Part shown: positions 1-11,919 of the stretch, in pieces
Position numbering within the stretch: the first letter of the stretch is position 1
Layout: each line of letters starts with the position of its first letter
Source: Lama guanicoe
Lineage: Eukaryota
DNA: 64,000 bases
Assembly (NCBI GenBank): GCA_013239625.1
Contig: MU053158.1
Location: 1 to 64,000, forward strand
Direction of reading: 5' to 3'
Position numbers and translations under genes: made by a program
Notes under the pieces: model-generated
What the model was told of the DNA's origin: nothing
The model's input: only the letters and a program-made list of their open reading frames with translations
Databases searched by the model: none

Positions 1-169
1 CCACAACTATGTTGTGTGGATGTTTCTTATGTTTCCAGATAAATAATATTTTGTATTTCAGAAAATCAAACTCTTAACCACTATGTAATGCAGTTTATGG
101 TTTTGAGTTGTGCTCTGGAGCCTGATTGCCTGAAAGAAATTTTGTCAATACCTAACAAAACTACGTATG

Positions 170-560
170 GTGCAATTACCTTTTTACCCAGAAATCCCAC
201 TTCTAAGAATCTACCCTAAAGGTAAGGCTCAAACAAAATGGAAATGAACATATACACATGGTTGTTCATTCCAGCAATGTTTATAGTTACAAAATATTGG
301 GAACTATCTCAAAACTCACATATGGGAGAATGGTTGAGTAAGTTATGGTAGTCACAGAATGGAGTACAATACAAACGTTCTTTGTGAAATGATGGAGGAA
401 ATTTCCATGATATATTGTTAAGTGAGAAAAGCAAATTGCAAAAGAACAACCTACCCTTCTTGTAAGAAAGAAAGGATGTAAGAAAATACATTTATCTACT
501 TATTTGTGCAGAATAAATGCAGAAAGAACAAAAATAGAAACTCAAGAAATTTGTTACCTG
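170..560 (+). mobile_element. Ancient L1 (L1ME/L1MC-type) ORF2 3' end and 3'UTR fragment
   Basis: Degenerate L1 3' motifs: aatcccacttctaagaatctaccc, gttcattccagcaatgtttatagtt, ggagaatggttgagtaagttatggta. Confidence 0.7.
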
Positions 561-599
561 TAAGAGTTGGCTGAGAAAGGGATGGAATGCAGGAAATTC

Positions 600-780
600 T
601 CTCTCTGTCTCTTTCTTATACAGATGCATGTGATAGCATTTGGACATATCCACATAATCCAGGATACTCTCTTCATCTCAAACCGAGTATATAATCATGT
701 TTTAAGCTATGTAAGGTCACATTTATAGGTTCCAGAAATTAGGACATGGGTACCTTTTGGGGGGCCATTTTTCAGGTTCC
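600..780 (-). mobile_element. MaLR LTR fragment (MLT1C/D-like)
   Basis: Reverse complement reads aatggccccccaaaag...gtcctaatttctggaacc...tgagatgaagagagtatcctggattat, like the MLT1D 5' end. Confidence 0.75.
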
Positions 781-789
781 CATAATATT

Positions 790-1590
790 CATGAGTCCAT
801 AACAATGTGAATAATTACATAAATTGAGAAGGGGCAGACTTTCATTAAAGACAAATTCAAATTTTACAAAATATAAAAGAAATGAAGGAAATAGAAAATC
901 ACCACAGGCAAACACTACAGTAATAACTGTTGCAGAAAATAAATTCCACTAATATATGCTTACATCAGGGGGCAAAAGTTTGAAGAAAAAGAGATATTTG
1001 CATAGTCTCAAAGTATTTCTCTGAAGTATCTGCCTTATCAATTACAAAGTAAAACATAATAATTTTATGTGAGAAACTTAGCAGACACCACTATAACCAA
1101 GAGATCAATGACTAGACATACCAACAGTACCTGCCCTCAGGCTAGATGCCCCAAGAAAGAGACAATAACATTTTTGTGGTATTCTTGCCAAAATGCATAA
1201 CCTCAATCTAATCATGAGCAAATGTCAGACAAACCCAAATTGAAAGACAATCTAAAAAATAACTGGCCAGTCCTTATCCAAATACCAAGGTTATGAAACA
1301 CAAGGAGTGACTGAAGAACTGTCTCAGATTGGAGGAGACTTAAGAGTCACAATCAATGCAATGTGAGATCCTAAATTGTTTCCTGGAACATAGGACAATA
1401 ATAGTGAAAAAACTGGTGAAACTGGAACATGACCTGTAGTTTAGTTAATAGTATTGTACTAATATTAATTTCCTCATTTTGATAATTATATAATGGCTCT
1501 ATAAGTTTTTAATGTCAGAGGAAAGGTATATGTGAATGCTCTGCACTAACTTTGCAGTATTTCTTTAATTCTAAAATTATTGGAAAATAG
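790..1590 (+). mobile_element. L1MC3/L1MC4 (MER42-type) 3'UTR
   Basis: Diagnostic ttcttgccaaaatgcataacctcaatctaatcatgag...tcagacaaacccaaattg and ttagttaatagtattgtac...attaatttcct blocks. Confidence 0.85.
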
Positions 1591-1599
1591 CAAGTAAAA

Positions 1600-1937
1600 A
1601 GAATGAAAGGAAAGGAAAAGGAAGGGAAGGGAAGGGAGGAAGGAAGACAGGAAGGAGGAAGGGAGAAAGGACAGAAGGAAGATTAAAAGGGGGGATGGAT
1701 GGATGGATGGAAGGAAGGAAGACAATTTCCCTCTTAAATAAATACATTTCAGTGGGCCCAACTGCTGGACCTAAGACATGCCCAATGGACTCAACTTCTG
1801 GCTGGTCAGCCATGTTGATACAGGTTTGCTCTTCAATGTGCTACACTTTAACAAAGGACCCATCATCATCCTACTCATTAAATAAATAAATGGACAGGTG
1901 GATGGATGCATGGATGGATGGATGGATGGATGGATGG
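1600..1937 (+). repeat. Purine-rich low-complexity tract and two (GGAT)n microsatellites
   Basis: GGAA/GGGA tract at ~1600-1720; (GGAT)n at ~1693-1710 and ~1899-1937. Confidence 0.9.
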
Positions 1938-2443
1938 AAAAATAAACACAGGAAACAAGGAAGCAAACTGTTCTTGTTGCCCGGCAATGTCTAAAACAGA
2001 AATCCTCACTTCTGTGCTGAATCCATTTTATGCCTGAACTGTTGTTTTTAACAAACTCTTATTTGAACATGATTTGAATTATGGGTGAAATGCCCTTAGA
2101 GACATTTCTAATTAATTTATAATAATGATCTTATTATTTTATTTTTCTGATTACCAAAGTAATACATATATGATTTCTTAAATAATTTTTTAAAAGAAAT
2201 ACGTGAATAGAAATGGACTGTCTTTACCAGAGTGAGCCACAAGAAAGGTCAGATGTGTGTTTCTTGCATCTACTGGTAACCAAAAACCATAATACTACGT
2301 TTTGCTTCAAAATCTTCCCTGTCTCAAATTGGTCACATCTCAATATTGTCTTGTCATAGTGTCCTGCTTCAGCCCAGATCACATGTTTCTAATCATGTAT
2401 TATTGTTACAGTTATTTGGGGAATCTTCCAAGGGACAAGTGGA

Positions 2444-2960
2444 TGTTGACGAGTCCAAACTTGTTCTGCTCACCACACAAGCAGCCAGTAAATTGGGAGA
2501 TGAGGTGTTGGGGCAAGGAATAACAACTTCATTTAGAAAGGCAGCAGATAGAGAAGATGGGAGGAATCATGCCCTGAAGAACCATCTTACCTAAGTCAGA
2601 ATTCAGGCTCCTTTTATACTAAAAAGGGGAAATGGTTTGGTTGTTGCAAACTTCTTGGTGTTGGAATTCTCTATTCTTATAGCTGTCCACGTAGTTCAGG
2701 TCACAGTATTCCTGTAAACCTCCAACAAGAAAAATGTTATTCTCTGTTTTGAAGCTTTTTATTTCTATATGAATGGGAAAGTTTTATACCAATGAAGGTC
2801 AAAGCCTTAAGAATGGGCTATCCTGTATATTTCAGGCTATAGGCAAACTTCTTGTACAAAAGGTGCAGAATCAGCAAGACTAAGCCGAGGAAACAGAGCC
2901 CAGGGTTAGAGCTAAAGGAACAGATCTAATATGGAGTCAGATTTGTTCTTCCTTATTTCA
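2444..2960 (-). mobile_element. ERV1 solo LTR (MER41-like, cetartiodactyl type)
   Basis: TG...CA termini; perfect 4-bp TSD TGGA (2440-2443, 2961-2964); end-to-end homologous to the + strand copy at 45553-46078. Confidence 0.9.
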
Positions 2961-3879
2961 TGGAGGGAGAGGTTTCCTGTGCTAAATTCTGTGTCTCTAC
3001 TCCTGTATGCCACGGTGCTGTAAGGTGCCATCTACAAGGAACCTTGCTGACTTTCAAGCACTTACACTTTCTTCATTGTCACCAGCCACCTGCAACTCCT
3101 AGACCCTCAGGAAAGAAATGAAGCTTTTGACATAGAGAAAAGCCCCTCACATTTATCTTGGGTGTCAACTCAAAAGGTGGTAAAAATTGGAGAAATTGTT
3201 CTGGACTCTTCAGGTCTCAGACACTGACTGGGTTGTCTTTATGGACTAAAAGGGAAGTAATACTAGGAAAAGATGCAAGACTTTGATACAAAAGATCCAT
3301 CTAAGTGGCAGTTGGGGTTCCTTGGGGCCCAGGAACCCTATGATGGACACGTGGGCTTTAACTGCATATTCTCCTAGATAGATGCCAGACCAAAGGCTAC
3401 AGAACCATCTGGTTACTGTCCCTTAATTTGAATGCCATCTTTGCAAATATTTCAATCTACTTTGCATATTCAAAATCCTTCTGGCTGGTATTCTTTCCAA
3501 GAAGCAAAACAACAGAGTTATTGCATCAGTTCAAAGAAACACTCTTTTGTAGTCAGTTAATTTAACAACACTTAAATACTGAATTCTTGTGATGCATAAC
3601 TTACACCATGATTTCAAGGAACTTGTTTTAAAGTCCTGGGGACTTACAAAATGACCTCCTAAAAAGCATTATAGGAGCCTTTTTTTTTTCACCAAGGGCA
3701 AACTTGGTGAAAGATGTTTCCCAGCATATATTTTAGTGATACACTAAGAGCACATCCTAAGCATCCTCTACTAAAGTGTAAAATGAAGTCAGTTTGTTGG
3801 AATCTTTTTATAACGTTTTGAAATTAAGTATCTACCTGATCCAATCAACTGTAAGCTAGATGCTTTACATTTACTGCCT

Positions 3880-3965
3880 TGTTTAATTCCATAGCGGTGC
3901 TGAATTGTCTGAAGGTTAAAGATTTGTTCAAGGTCATATAGCTAGTCAGAGGCAGAACCAGATCT
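3880..3965 (-). mobile_element. MIR core fragment
   Basis: ggttaaagatttgttcaaggtcatatagctagtcagaggcagaacc matches the MIR core. Confidence 0.7.
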
Positions 3966-4780
3966 TTTACTACAAATTCTCTTCTCTTTCTCTTTCCCTT
4001 GCCCACTATCTTCCATCATCACCTAAGCTGCACTCATTGTAGTTGGTATGTTTTTCAAGTAGAAAAATGCAAACAAAAGACAGGTAAATGAGATTATGTC
4101 CATGCAAAGAATATCCAGTTTCTCCTTCTTCAATCCAGTTTCTACAAAAAAACTAGAGTGAACTCTGCCCCATTCCCGAGTGTTGGTCAGTGTTGGCAGT
4201 TCCCTAAATCTGCCTCACGCTCTACAGTCTTCCAGAGTCCAGAGGATGGGATGAGGGAAGTTTCTATTGAAATCCAAGGGAGTCCTGTTGGTTGTGGCCT
4301 TGCCAGTACATACAAGATACAAGCAATGAAGGTAAGCTCATTTCTAAAAGGAGGTAAAAGCGCAAAACAAAGATCCAGGCAAACTTAACCAAGGCATTAA
4401 TCCTTTTGCTTTCAATGTATAATAGCATTTCCCAAAAACTGTGGATGGGGGGATTATTGAAAATTATACAGTTTGGTCATAATCGGATGCATTTGACTCT
4501 GCCTTAGTTTAGTGATATTCAATGCCCTTTTTTTTTTTAGGGAGGCGGCGGGAGGCGGGCGGTGGCGGCGGCGGCACCCAGCACGCTGCTGGCATCTCTG
4601 TGCACGAACAACGGCCCGGTTCCCGCCGCGCGGAGTGGGAGCGCGGCGGGCTGCGGGCAGCAGCGGGAGGCATCAGCAGGCGGTGGCGGGAGGCAGTGGT
4701 GGCGGGCAGCGGCGGGAGGCGGGAGACAGCGGTGGGAGGCGGGCGGCAGGCGGGAGGCGGCGGCAGCGGGCGGCGGCGGC

Positions 4781-4899
4781 NNNNNNNNNNNNNNNNNNNN
4801 NNNNNNNNNNNNNNNNNNNNNNNNNNNNNNNNNNNNNNNNNNNNNNNNNNNNNNNNNNNNNNNNNNNNNNNNNNNNNNNNNNNNNNNNNNNNNNNNNNN
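4781..4899. other. Assembly gap (119 N)
   Basis: Run of N. Confidence 1.
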
Positions 4900-5919
4900 T
4901 TTTTTTTTTTAAGAACACCTGTGGTTAACTGCTTCTACCTTATGTTGCTTGGGTACATTTCCTTTAAACACAGGGTTTTATTCTAATAAATCTGCAGGTG
5001 GAACAATAAAAAGCCTGATACTGTGGTAAGTAAATACTTCCTGGGGAATAAGCTGTCCCATCTTTGCAATGAATGTGTGCTTAAACAGAAAACTTCACTC
5101 AGTCGGTTTGTGGCATCTGGGTTACATTAGTTCATTTAATGTGGGCATGCAGTTTACTGTCATGGGGGAGTTTATGCACCATATAACCAAACCATCCCTT
5201 AGAGTTATACCATTCCTTAAAATGAAATAAGTATATACAGTGTTTCCTAGCAGATCTTTCTGCGGTACATATAAATTTGCCATTTTGTTAGCCATTTCAA
5301 AGTGTGGGAGAAAAACCAGCAGCTGTACTTTTAAGGGTAGGTGCACTTGAAATAAAGAGAAATTTAGATAGAATATGAGGAAAGGGAGCTGAACTAACGA
5401 TTTAAAATCTATCAGAACATGATAGGAGTCCTCATTAACCACTCTGAGCTATTTGTAATAAATTAACTCGAGTAATTTTTGATTGTTTTATGTTTCATCA
5501 TGTTGCTCTAATTCCTGGCAAATCCATCTTGATTGTTTTGCTCTGCAAAGTGTTTTATTAATGTCCCTTTTAACATTCTCCACATTGCTAGTAGCAGCTT
5601 AGACTTATTAAAAATGATTACGTTTCTACTTTTAGCTTTTTACAGAAATTTAACATTTGGATTCTAAGATGTCTCTGTCTAAATGTGCAACATTGATACC
5701 TTTATCTAATCTATCCCTTGGAGAAAATCAATCAGCTGAATTACATTCCTCTTTACAGGAAAAATGTATTATTAAATTCACGAGACCCCATTGTGTTACA
5801 AGAAACCATGTATCATATCCATATCTCTTTGTATAGATATACCATTTACAAGCAAACAAGCAGATAACAGACTATGTAAGTCAGAAAACACTTAAATGTC
5901 TTTGCCTTACATCTTGTGG

Positions 5920-6170
5920 AATATGGCGTAATGAGAATGGTATTAACCTTAGCACAGAGATTTTAATTCAAATCTCAACTTCACCACTAACAAACTTTGT
6001 AATCTTGGACTTTATCTGTTTGTTTAATTATTTATTTAATCAATTTAAGCATCAGATTCTTTACCTATGAAAATTATTAAGGCATAATATGCAGGATTGT
6101 CTGTAGATTTTAAAATGACAGAAAAATATTCAACACAGTGATTGGATCATAATAGAGGTTAAATAAGCCT
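5920..6170 (+). mobile_element. MIR SINE
   Basis: ttcaaatctcaacttcaccactaacaaactttgtaatcttgg...agcatcagattctttacctatgaaaatt...acacagtgattggatcata. Confidence 0.7.
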
Positions 6171-7705
6171 TGTTTCCCCTTTTCTTCCCTTCTTCTGGAG
6201 TGTTTAACCTACAGGTTCTCCATTGTGAATACATAGTAATGTTTTTACTTGATTTACTAATCAGCTAAATACACACAATTTGGCCAATTTACTTCAAAAA
6301 GTTATAAAGGCATTTTTGGAGAATAATTTAGAAAAATGTGATTTTAATTTTTCAAATCACCTCCCAACATTTAGCCAATAATTACTGTGTATTATCAGGA
6401 ATTAAATGAAGTAAAAAGAGCAAAATGATATATATACGTGTGTGTGTGTATATGTATATATTATATATAAAAAACTATTCAACATATGTAATATTACTTA
6501 TTGATATAGCTTATTTTTTAATTAAACAAAAAATTTATGCACTTGAGAGTGAAAAAAATACCACAAGAATTCTTATTGTAGTGTTTTTGTTAGTAGTGAA
6601 AACTTGAAAATTATACACCTACACACACATACAGACAGAGAGAAAAAAATGCATAGGAAGTATTAGGGAGAGGAGGAAACAAGTTTTTCTCATAATATGT
6701 TGAGAATACAATCAATTTTTTGCTGCATTTTTGTTAATAGTTAAAAATGGAAAAACACATAGAAAATACATATAGAAAATAAGTTAAGTTGCTCTTAATA
6801 ACTCTTAATAATGTGTGATAAGACCTCAAACCTTTCAGTAGTCTGAAACATACTGCTTTATTCTCATTAAGATGTCAATTCAGTCAAATATGAACATGAA
6901 CAAAAACTGCTCTTAGAATGGAGAGGTGGGTTCTGGGGGACTTTCCCTTCTATATTATATGTGTTTCTAATGCAAGACTTTGTATTGCATTTGTATTTCA
7001 GTATATATTAATATTATCTATAAGAAAAAATATGATTTTCTGAGGAAAAAGAATTTGAGAGCTTGTCCATTAAGGCAAAATAACCAAGGTAGTTTAACTC
7101 TATACCTCTTAGTTAATCTACTTTATAAAGTTGTGGAAATAATTTGAAATAATGCATGGGAAACCACTCTGCAATGCATAGTGCTATCTCATAATTTGAA
7201 ATCTGAAGATGGATTTGCTTTGAACTATTGATAAGATTATCTTGCCCACCTCTAATTCCAGGTGGAAGACAGTGCAGCAAATGGCTCTGACAGAGATAAG
7301 ACACTGCCTTCTTTAGCAGCCAGGTTTAACTCCTTCAGAACACGTTCTCTTCATCAGTCAGAGGGAAAAATTTCACACTTCAAAAAGAAAAGCTCCAGTA
7401 ATCCAAAAAAGCTCCTGCATATGACTACATTGCTGGATAAGTCCCACGTAATACTGGCTGTCTGCTTCTTTCTTTGTTTAGTCAAATGCATTATTCTCTG
7501 TACGTTAGACACTTACAGATATTCATAGAGATGATCTGGAGGACTGAGGACTGAAGCAAGACAGCCCGGTCCATATAGTTACCTGATTATCATAAAATTA
7601 TCAAAAAAGCGTGGCTAAACCGTGGGGGACTGTGTCAGAGCAGGTTGGCCGATTTACAGTGACTGTTGTTGCCTTCTAGCTTTTCAGCAATGAGCGTGAA
7701 AAACT

Positions 7706-7724
7706 AGGACAGTAGGTGGCAGCT
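7706..7724 (+). promoter_or_regulatory. Candidate CTCF binding motif
   Basis: GGACAGTAGGTGGCAGC: one mismatch to the CTCF core CCASYAGRKGGCRS, in non-repeat DNA. Motif only; no binding data. Confidence 0.45.
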
Positions 7725-8232
7725 TCCTTAACAGCATTTGGCAGATTGCGGCAGTTAGGACCTAATAAAATAAGTACCATATTAGCTGTACTAATATTTG
7801 CTGCCCTTGACCCAAGGAAATTTCCATAATTATTATTGTGTATTTACATCGCCAGATGAAGTCCTGTATTTGCATTGTGGTTTCAAATGCATACTGATTG
7901 TGATTTGATTAGTCATTAGCATACCAAGTATGGAATAGCCAGGCTTTGGAAAGGTTGGAGGCTAGATTTCACTGTCCTCACACTGTGGTGATTCATACCT
8001 TTTTCTAAAAAAATGTACTCATGGTGGCCTCCAGTGTGTACTCGTTTCAGTTTTTCCTTCCCATAAATGACCCTCTAGGTCTAGACAATAAGGTGTCTCA
8101 CATCCAATTTCAAAGAGCAGTGCTAAAACTTTTCTATGTATCTATAAGTTGTCTGTATTTGGGATAAATCTCAATTATGATCAGAAAATCAATTATAACT
8201 TTCTTAGGAGAGTGAAATTTGAGATTCTTTCT

Positions 8233-8395
8233 CTTTTATTTTATTTTATTTATTTATTTACTTTCTTTTGGTGGAGGGAGGAAATTAGGTTGATTTGTTG
8301 ATTTATTTATTTTTAGAGGAGGTACTGGGGACTGAACCCAGGAACTTGTACATGCCAAGCATGCGCCCTACTGCTTGATCTACACTCTACCCACC
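8233..8395 (-). mobile_element. Vic-1-type camelid SINE (tRNA-Ala derived)
   Basis: Reverse complement has a tRNA-Ala-like head, TAAATAAA/cctaatt tail and A-rich end; degenerate TSD tgagattctttct / tgacattcctttct; homologous to 30971-31130. Confidence 0.85.
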
Positions 8396-8779
8396 TGACA
8401 TTCCTTTCTAAACCTAGTAATGTATAGATCCACAGTATCTTGTAAGTTGCTCTCCAGCTTTAGTTTAAGGAACTGGTAGATATTAAAAACATGCTATTTT
8501 GGAAAAATTTGAGAACAAATAAAAACCTGGAAGTTATTAAAATGAAATTATAGTTTTTAATTAAACTTGGTACAGCAGAAAATTTGTGAATGTTTTGACT
8601 TTAGAGGGCTTACTGTCCAGTAGGGAGGTGCCATCTAAAAATATTGACAATAGAAATAGCTAGAATTTATTGCAGACTTACAAGTTCACTACTGTTACTA
8701 CTACTATAATATCAATACTAATACTAGTCAATACTAATAAATGTACTACTACTATGATATCAGTAGTAATACAAAAATC

Positions 8780-8940
8780 TCAGAATGTTTACTGTTTGCT
8801 AGGCATCATTCAAGACATTCTGAACATCATCTTTTTTAACCTGTCCACAAGCCCATGAGGTTACCTGCTCTTAACATGGAAGAGGAAACTGAAACTTAGA
8901 AATGTTACTGAAGCTAGAAAATGGAAAGATTTATCTGGTT
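8780..8940 (-). mobile_element. MIR SINE fragment
   Basis: tttactgtttgctaggcatc...cccatgaggtt...gaagaggaaactgaaacttaga. Confidence 0.7.
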
Positions 8941-9059
8941 TGAAGCGTCTAATGAGCAGCAACTTACAGAATTCTAAACAATATATATATAATACAAGGA
9001 CAAAATACATTCTGCACGAGTATTTAAGCCAAGAATGTTAATGCCAAAATGGCAGGCAG

Positions 9060-9150
9060 CTTTACTTGTTTGTTCACCGATGTCCACCAAGTTCCCAGAA
9101 CTAAATCCTGTAAATAAAAGGTGCTCAATAAAGATATGTGGAATTGAACT
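9060..9150 (+). mobile_element. L2 3' end
   Basis: ttgttcaccgatgtcc...aggtgctcaataaagatatgtggaattgaa. Confidence 0.75.
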
Positions 9151-10249
9151 GTATCCCAGGGAAATAAGTTTTCATTCTTTAGGCGTAGCGGTTAGGATAG
9201 AAGTTGGGAAAGGATGCAGAAGAAATTATCTGAAGAAAGTTTTGAAGGCCTCACTGGCATTGAAGTGTCAATTTTCCTCTTGTCTAACCTCCCACCCACG
9301 GCAGCCCTCCTGCCTATAAGGACCATTCAAGCCCTCTTGTAACACTCCTCAGGTTAAGAGAATCTCCAAAACCACTTTATGAGTGTAGTCATGTTTAGGT
9401 CAGCAGGCTTAGATTCAGAGTAAGAACGTGTCACATATGAGAAACCATAAAGGTCAGTGTTCGTGAACTTGAAGGGCAAAGTGGCTGTGTTTGTGGCTGG
9501 TAGAAGTTAAATGACAAGAGTAGAGGAGGTTGTGGGACTGTGAAGTGATCGAATTATGTCTCAGAACCATACACTTCGCGAGAGGCAAGGCGGAGAGTGA
9601 AAATGCAGTTCTGGTGTTGAAATCACTGAGGAAAGAAGGTCTGGGTAGCTCAGTAAATGAGTGTATTAAAAGACAGCAAGGAGCCTTGTGAATGTGAACT
9701 GAAGAAAAGAGGGTGGAATGACTGTGTTCTGGCCACTTGCAGGGGGGAAGGAATGTACAAATGCTTTCCGTATGGATGCCTGGGGAGCACATTAGACAGT
9801 CAAATGTGATCTGTTTGGGGGGAAAGACAAAGAAATGGAAGTGATATGTAAGAAAAAGTCTGAGAATAAATTCCTTGAGCAGGTATATACTGATTAAGTG
9901 TCGATACTGTGCCAGTCCCCTTAGCAGGCACTAGGAGTGTAGAAAGGTTTCCATTCTCAAAATAATAAGCATTCCAAAGGGAACAGTTAAGAAGCAAATA
10001 AAAAACCAGATATAAATCCAAGGAGTTCAATGATAGCAGGACTGTGCTAGTCTGTGATCAAGTAGGAAGACGATGTTGGGGAGGGACAAGTCATCTAAAT
10101 CAGGAAGAGGAAGCAAGCAGTTTGGGAAGTACGATGAGATGGGATGGACAGCTTGCAACACCGAATGAAAGTGTAGAATTTAAAAAACGTAAGAAAAATT
10201 TATCCTAAGCAAAGATTAGTCAGGCTAATTATGATATTTGTGCCTGCTA

Positions 10250-10800
10250 GATATAATCAGAAAATTATTAATTAGCAAATACCCAGAAAAGCACAGGTAT
10301 TCAACCATAACTAAATATGATTTGGGGAAAGTTTATCACCCTGGAACAATTTAATTTCTCCACGACAGTCATGCCTAAGAAAAAGCAAAAAATTTAATAC
10401 ATCTGGATTTTAGTAAGGCCTCTGATACAGATTCATATGCCATTTATCACCAATAAACTCGGAATATTCTGTAAGGTCAACGTGTAACTTCAGGAATCCA
10501 CATTCCCGTAGGTGATGATCAATGATTCTGTGACACCCTAGGCTCACGTATCGAGAGCTGTCCCACTGTGGTCAGTTCTAAGGCCCAGTGCTTTTTATAC
10601 ATTTTATTAATGATTTGGAAGATAGCCTCACCCTCAGCTTAATGAGCACACTGTCTGTTCCCATCCTGGAAGACTGCCAACACTATCAGGCACAAAAATG
10701 GAATTCAAATGTCCCTTGTTAATTGGGAACTGATCTGTCAAAAGTGTGAGTTAAACCATAGGGACACACCCTCTATATTTGGGGGCTGAACACCAGCTAC
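10250..10800 (+). mobile_element. L3/CR1 LINE reverse-transcriptase remnant
   Basis: Frameshifted CR1 RT motifs: LDFSKASD (10403-10426; cf. YLDFSKAFD) and a degenerate GVPQGSVLGPVLF..INDLE block (~10557-10620). Confidence 0.8.
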
Positions 10801-11099
10801 TGGAGTATAAGCATTAACACATAGCGTAGCCCCAAGAGACAATAACTAAAGACAAGGACCTCCTTTATTGACCACTATGAATTACAGTAGAAGTCCAGTC
10901 CAGGCACCCACAATGCCTGCTGTGTCTTAACTGGAGCATGGCTTTTCTCTCATTATAAAGAAGGTATTTTTTATTCTAAATAAATTCTTCATATCCCCTT
11001 TGCAAAGAGTAAGGATTCTAGCAATATTTGTTAAATGAATGAATGACTTGAAAAAAGAAACTTAAGAGACAACACATTATGACTGAAGTAAAATTCACT

Positions 11100-11330
11100 C
11101 ATTCCTATTAGTTTATTCATTTAAATGGCACTTACTGTTCTTTTATTATTTTCCAGATATGTATTAGGCACTGAGAATACAGTAATGAGTGAGTCATTGA
11201 GCATGCTCACAAGGAGCAAACAGCCCAGTAAAAAAAAATGAAAATCAGTATGTGCAGTGATATGTAGCAAATACTGTAAGAGATGTGTGCCAGAGCATTA
11301 TAGGACAACAGAGAAAAAGAAACTATCTAA
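11100..11330 (-). mobile_element. L2 3' fragment
   Basis: ttattcattt...attaggcactgagaatacagtaatgag...ctcacaaggagc. Confidence 0.65.
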
Positions 11331-11453
11331 AGCCAAGGCAGCGATGGTGATCTGGCTCGGGTAAAATTTGTATAATTAATGATTTGAATTGAAGTTTCGA
11401 GGAGAAGTTATTCCTAACTCTGGTAATGTATGTGTGTTTGTATGAATGAGTGC

Positions 11454-11456
<3 letters not shown>

Positions 11457-11494
<38 letters not shown>
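11457..11494 (+). repeat. (TG)15(AG)4 microsatellite
   Basis: Read directly. Confidence 0.95.
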
Positions 11495-11495
<1 letters not shown>

Positions 11496-11919
11496 CAGTG
11501 TGGGGGGCGGGGAGAGGAGACTTTTCTTTCCACAGAGGAAACAGAATTGGCAGACACATGAAGGATTTTGCTAGGGGATTTACAGACAATCCCTTCTCTC
11601 TCGTTCGAAAAAATAACACTCAAGACAAGATGGCTTAAATAAAATCAAATGAAATTTAACTTAGGCGTAAGAATTTCTGTCAGTGTTTTAACATTGGAAT
11701 GGAGTATTCACACAATACTGGTATTTGTTCCTAGAGGTCATTAAAATGGAATTTTGAAAGTCTGTTTTTTTTATTGAATGAAAGAGTCTTTAATTTCTAT
11801 AGTGCTTTACAGTTTTCAAAAGGTTCATACACATGATTTTATGTAATCACATAACAATCTTTTTTTATTCCCCTACTGTTATATTGTTCCTCCCCACTTT
11901 CCTCTCCCCAGTCTATCTT

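Noticed and set aside
4512..4986. Gly/Arg/Ala-rich ORFs of 81-154 aa
   Set aside because: They arise from GGC low complexity plus an N gap, are open in several frames and show no domain.
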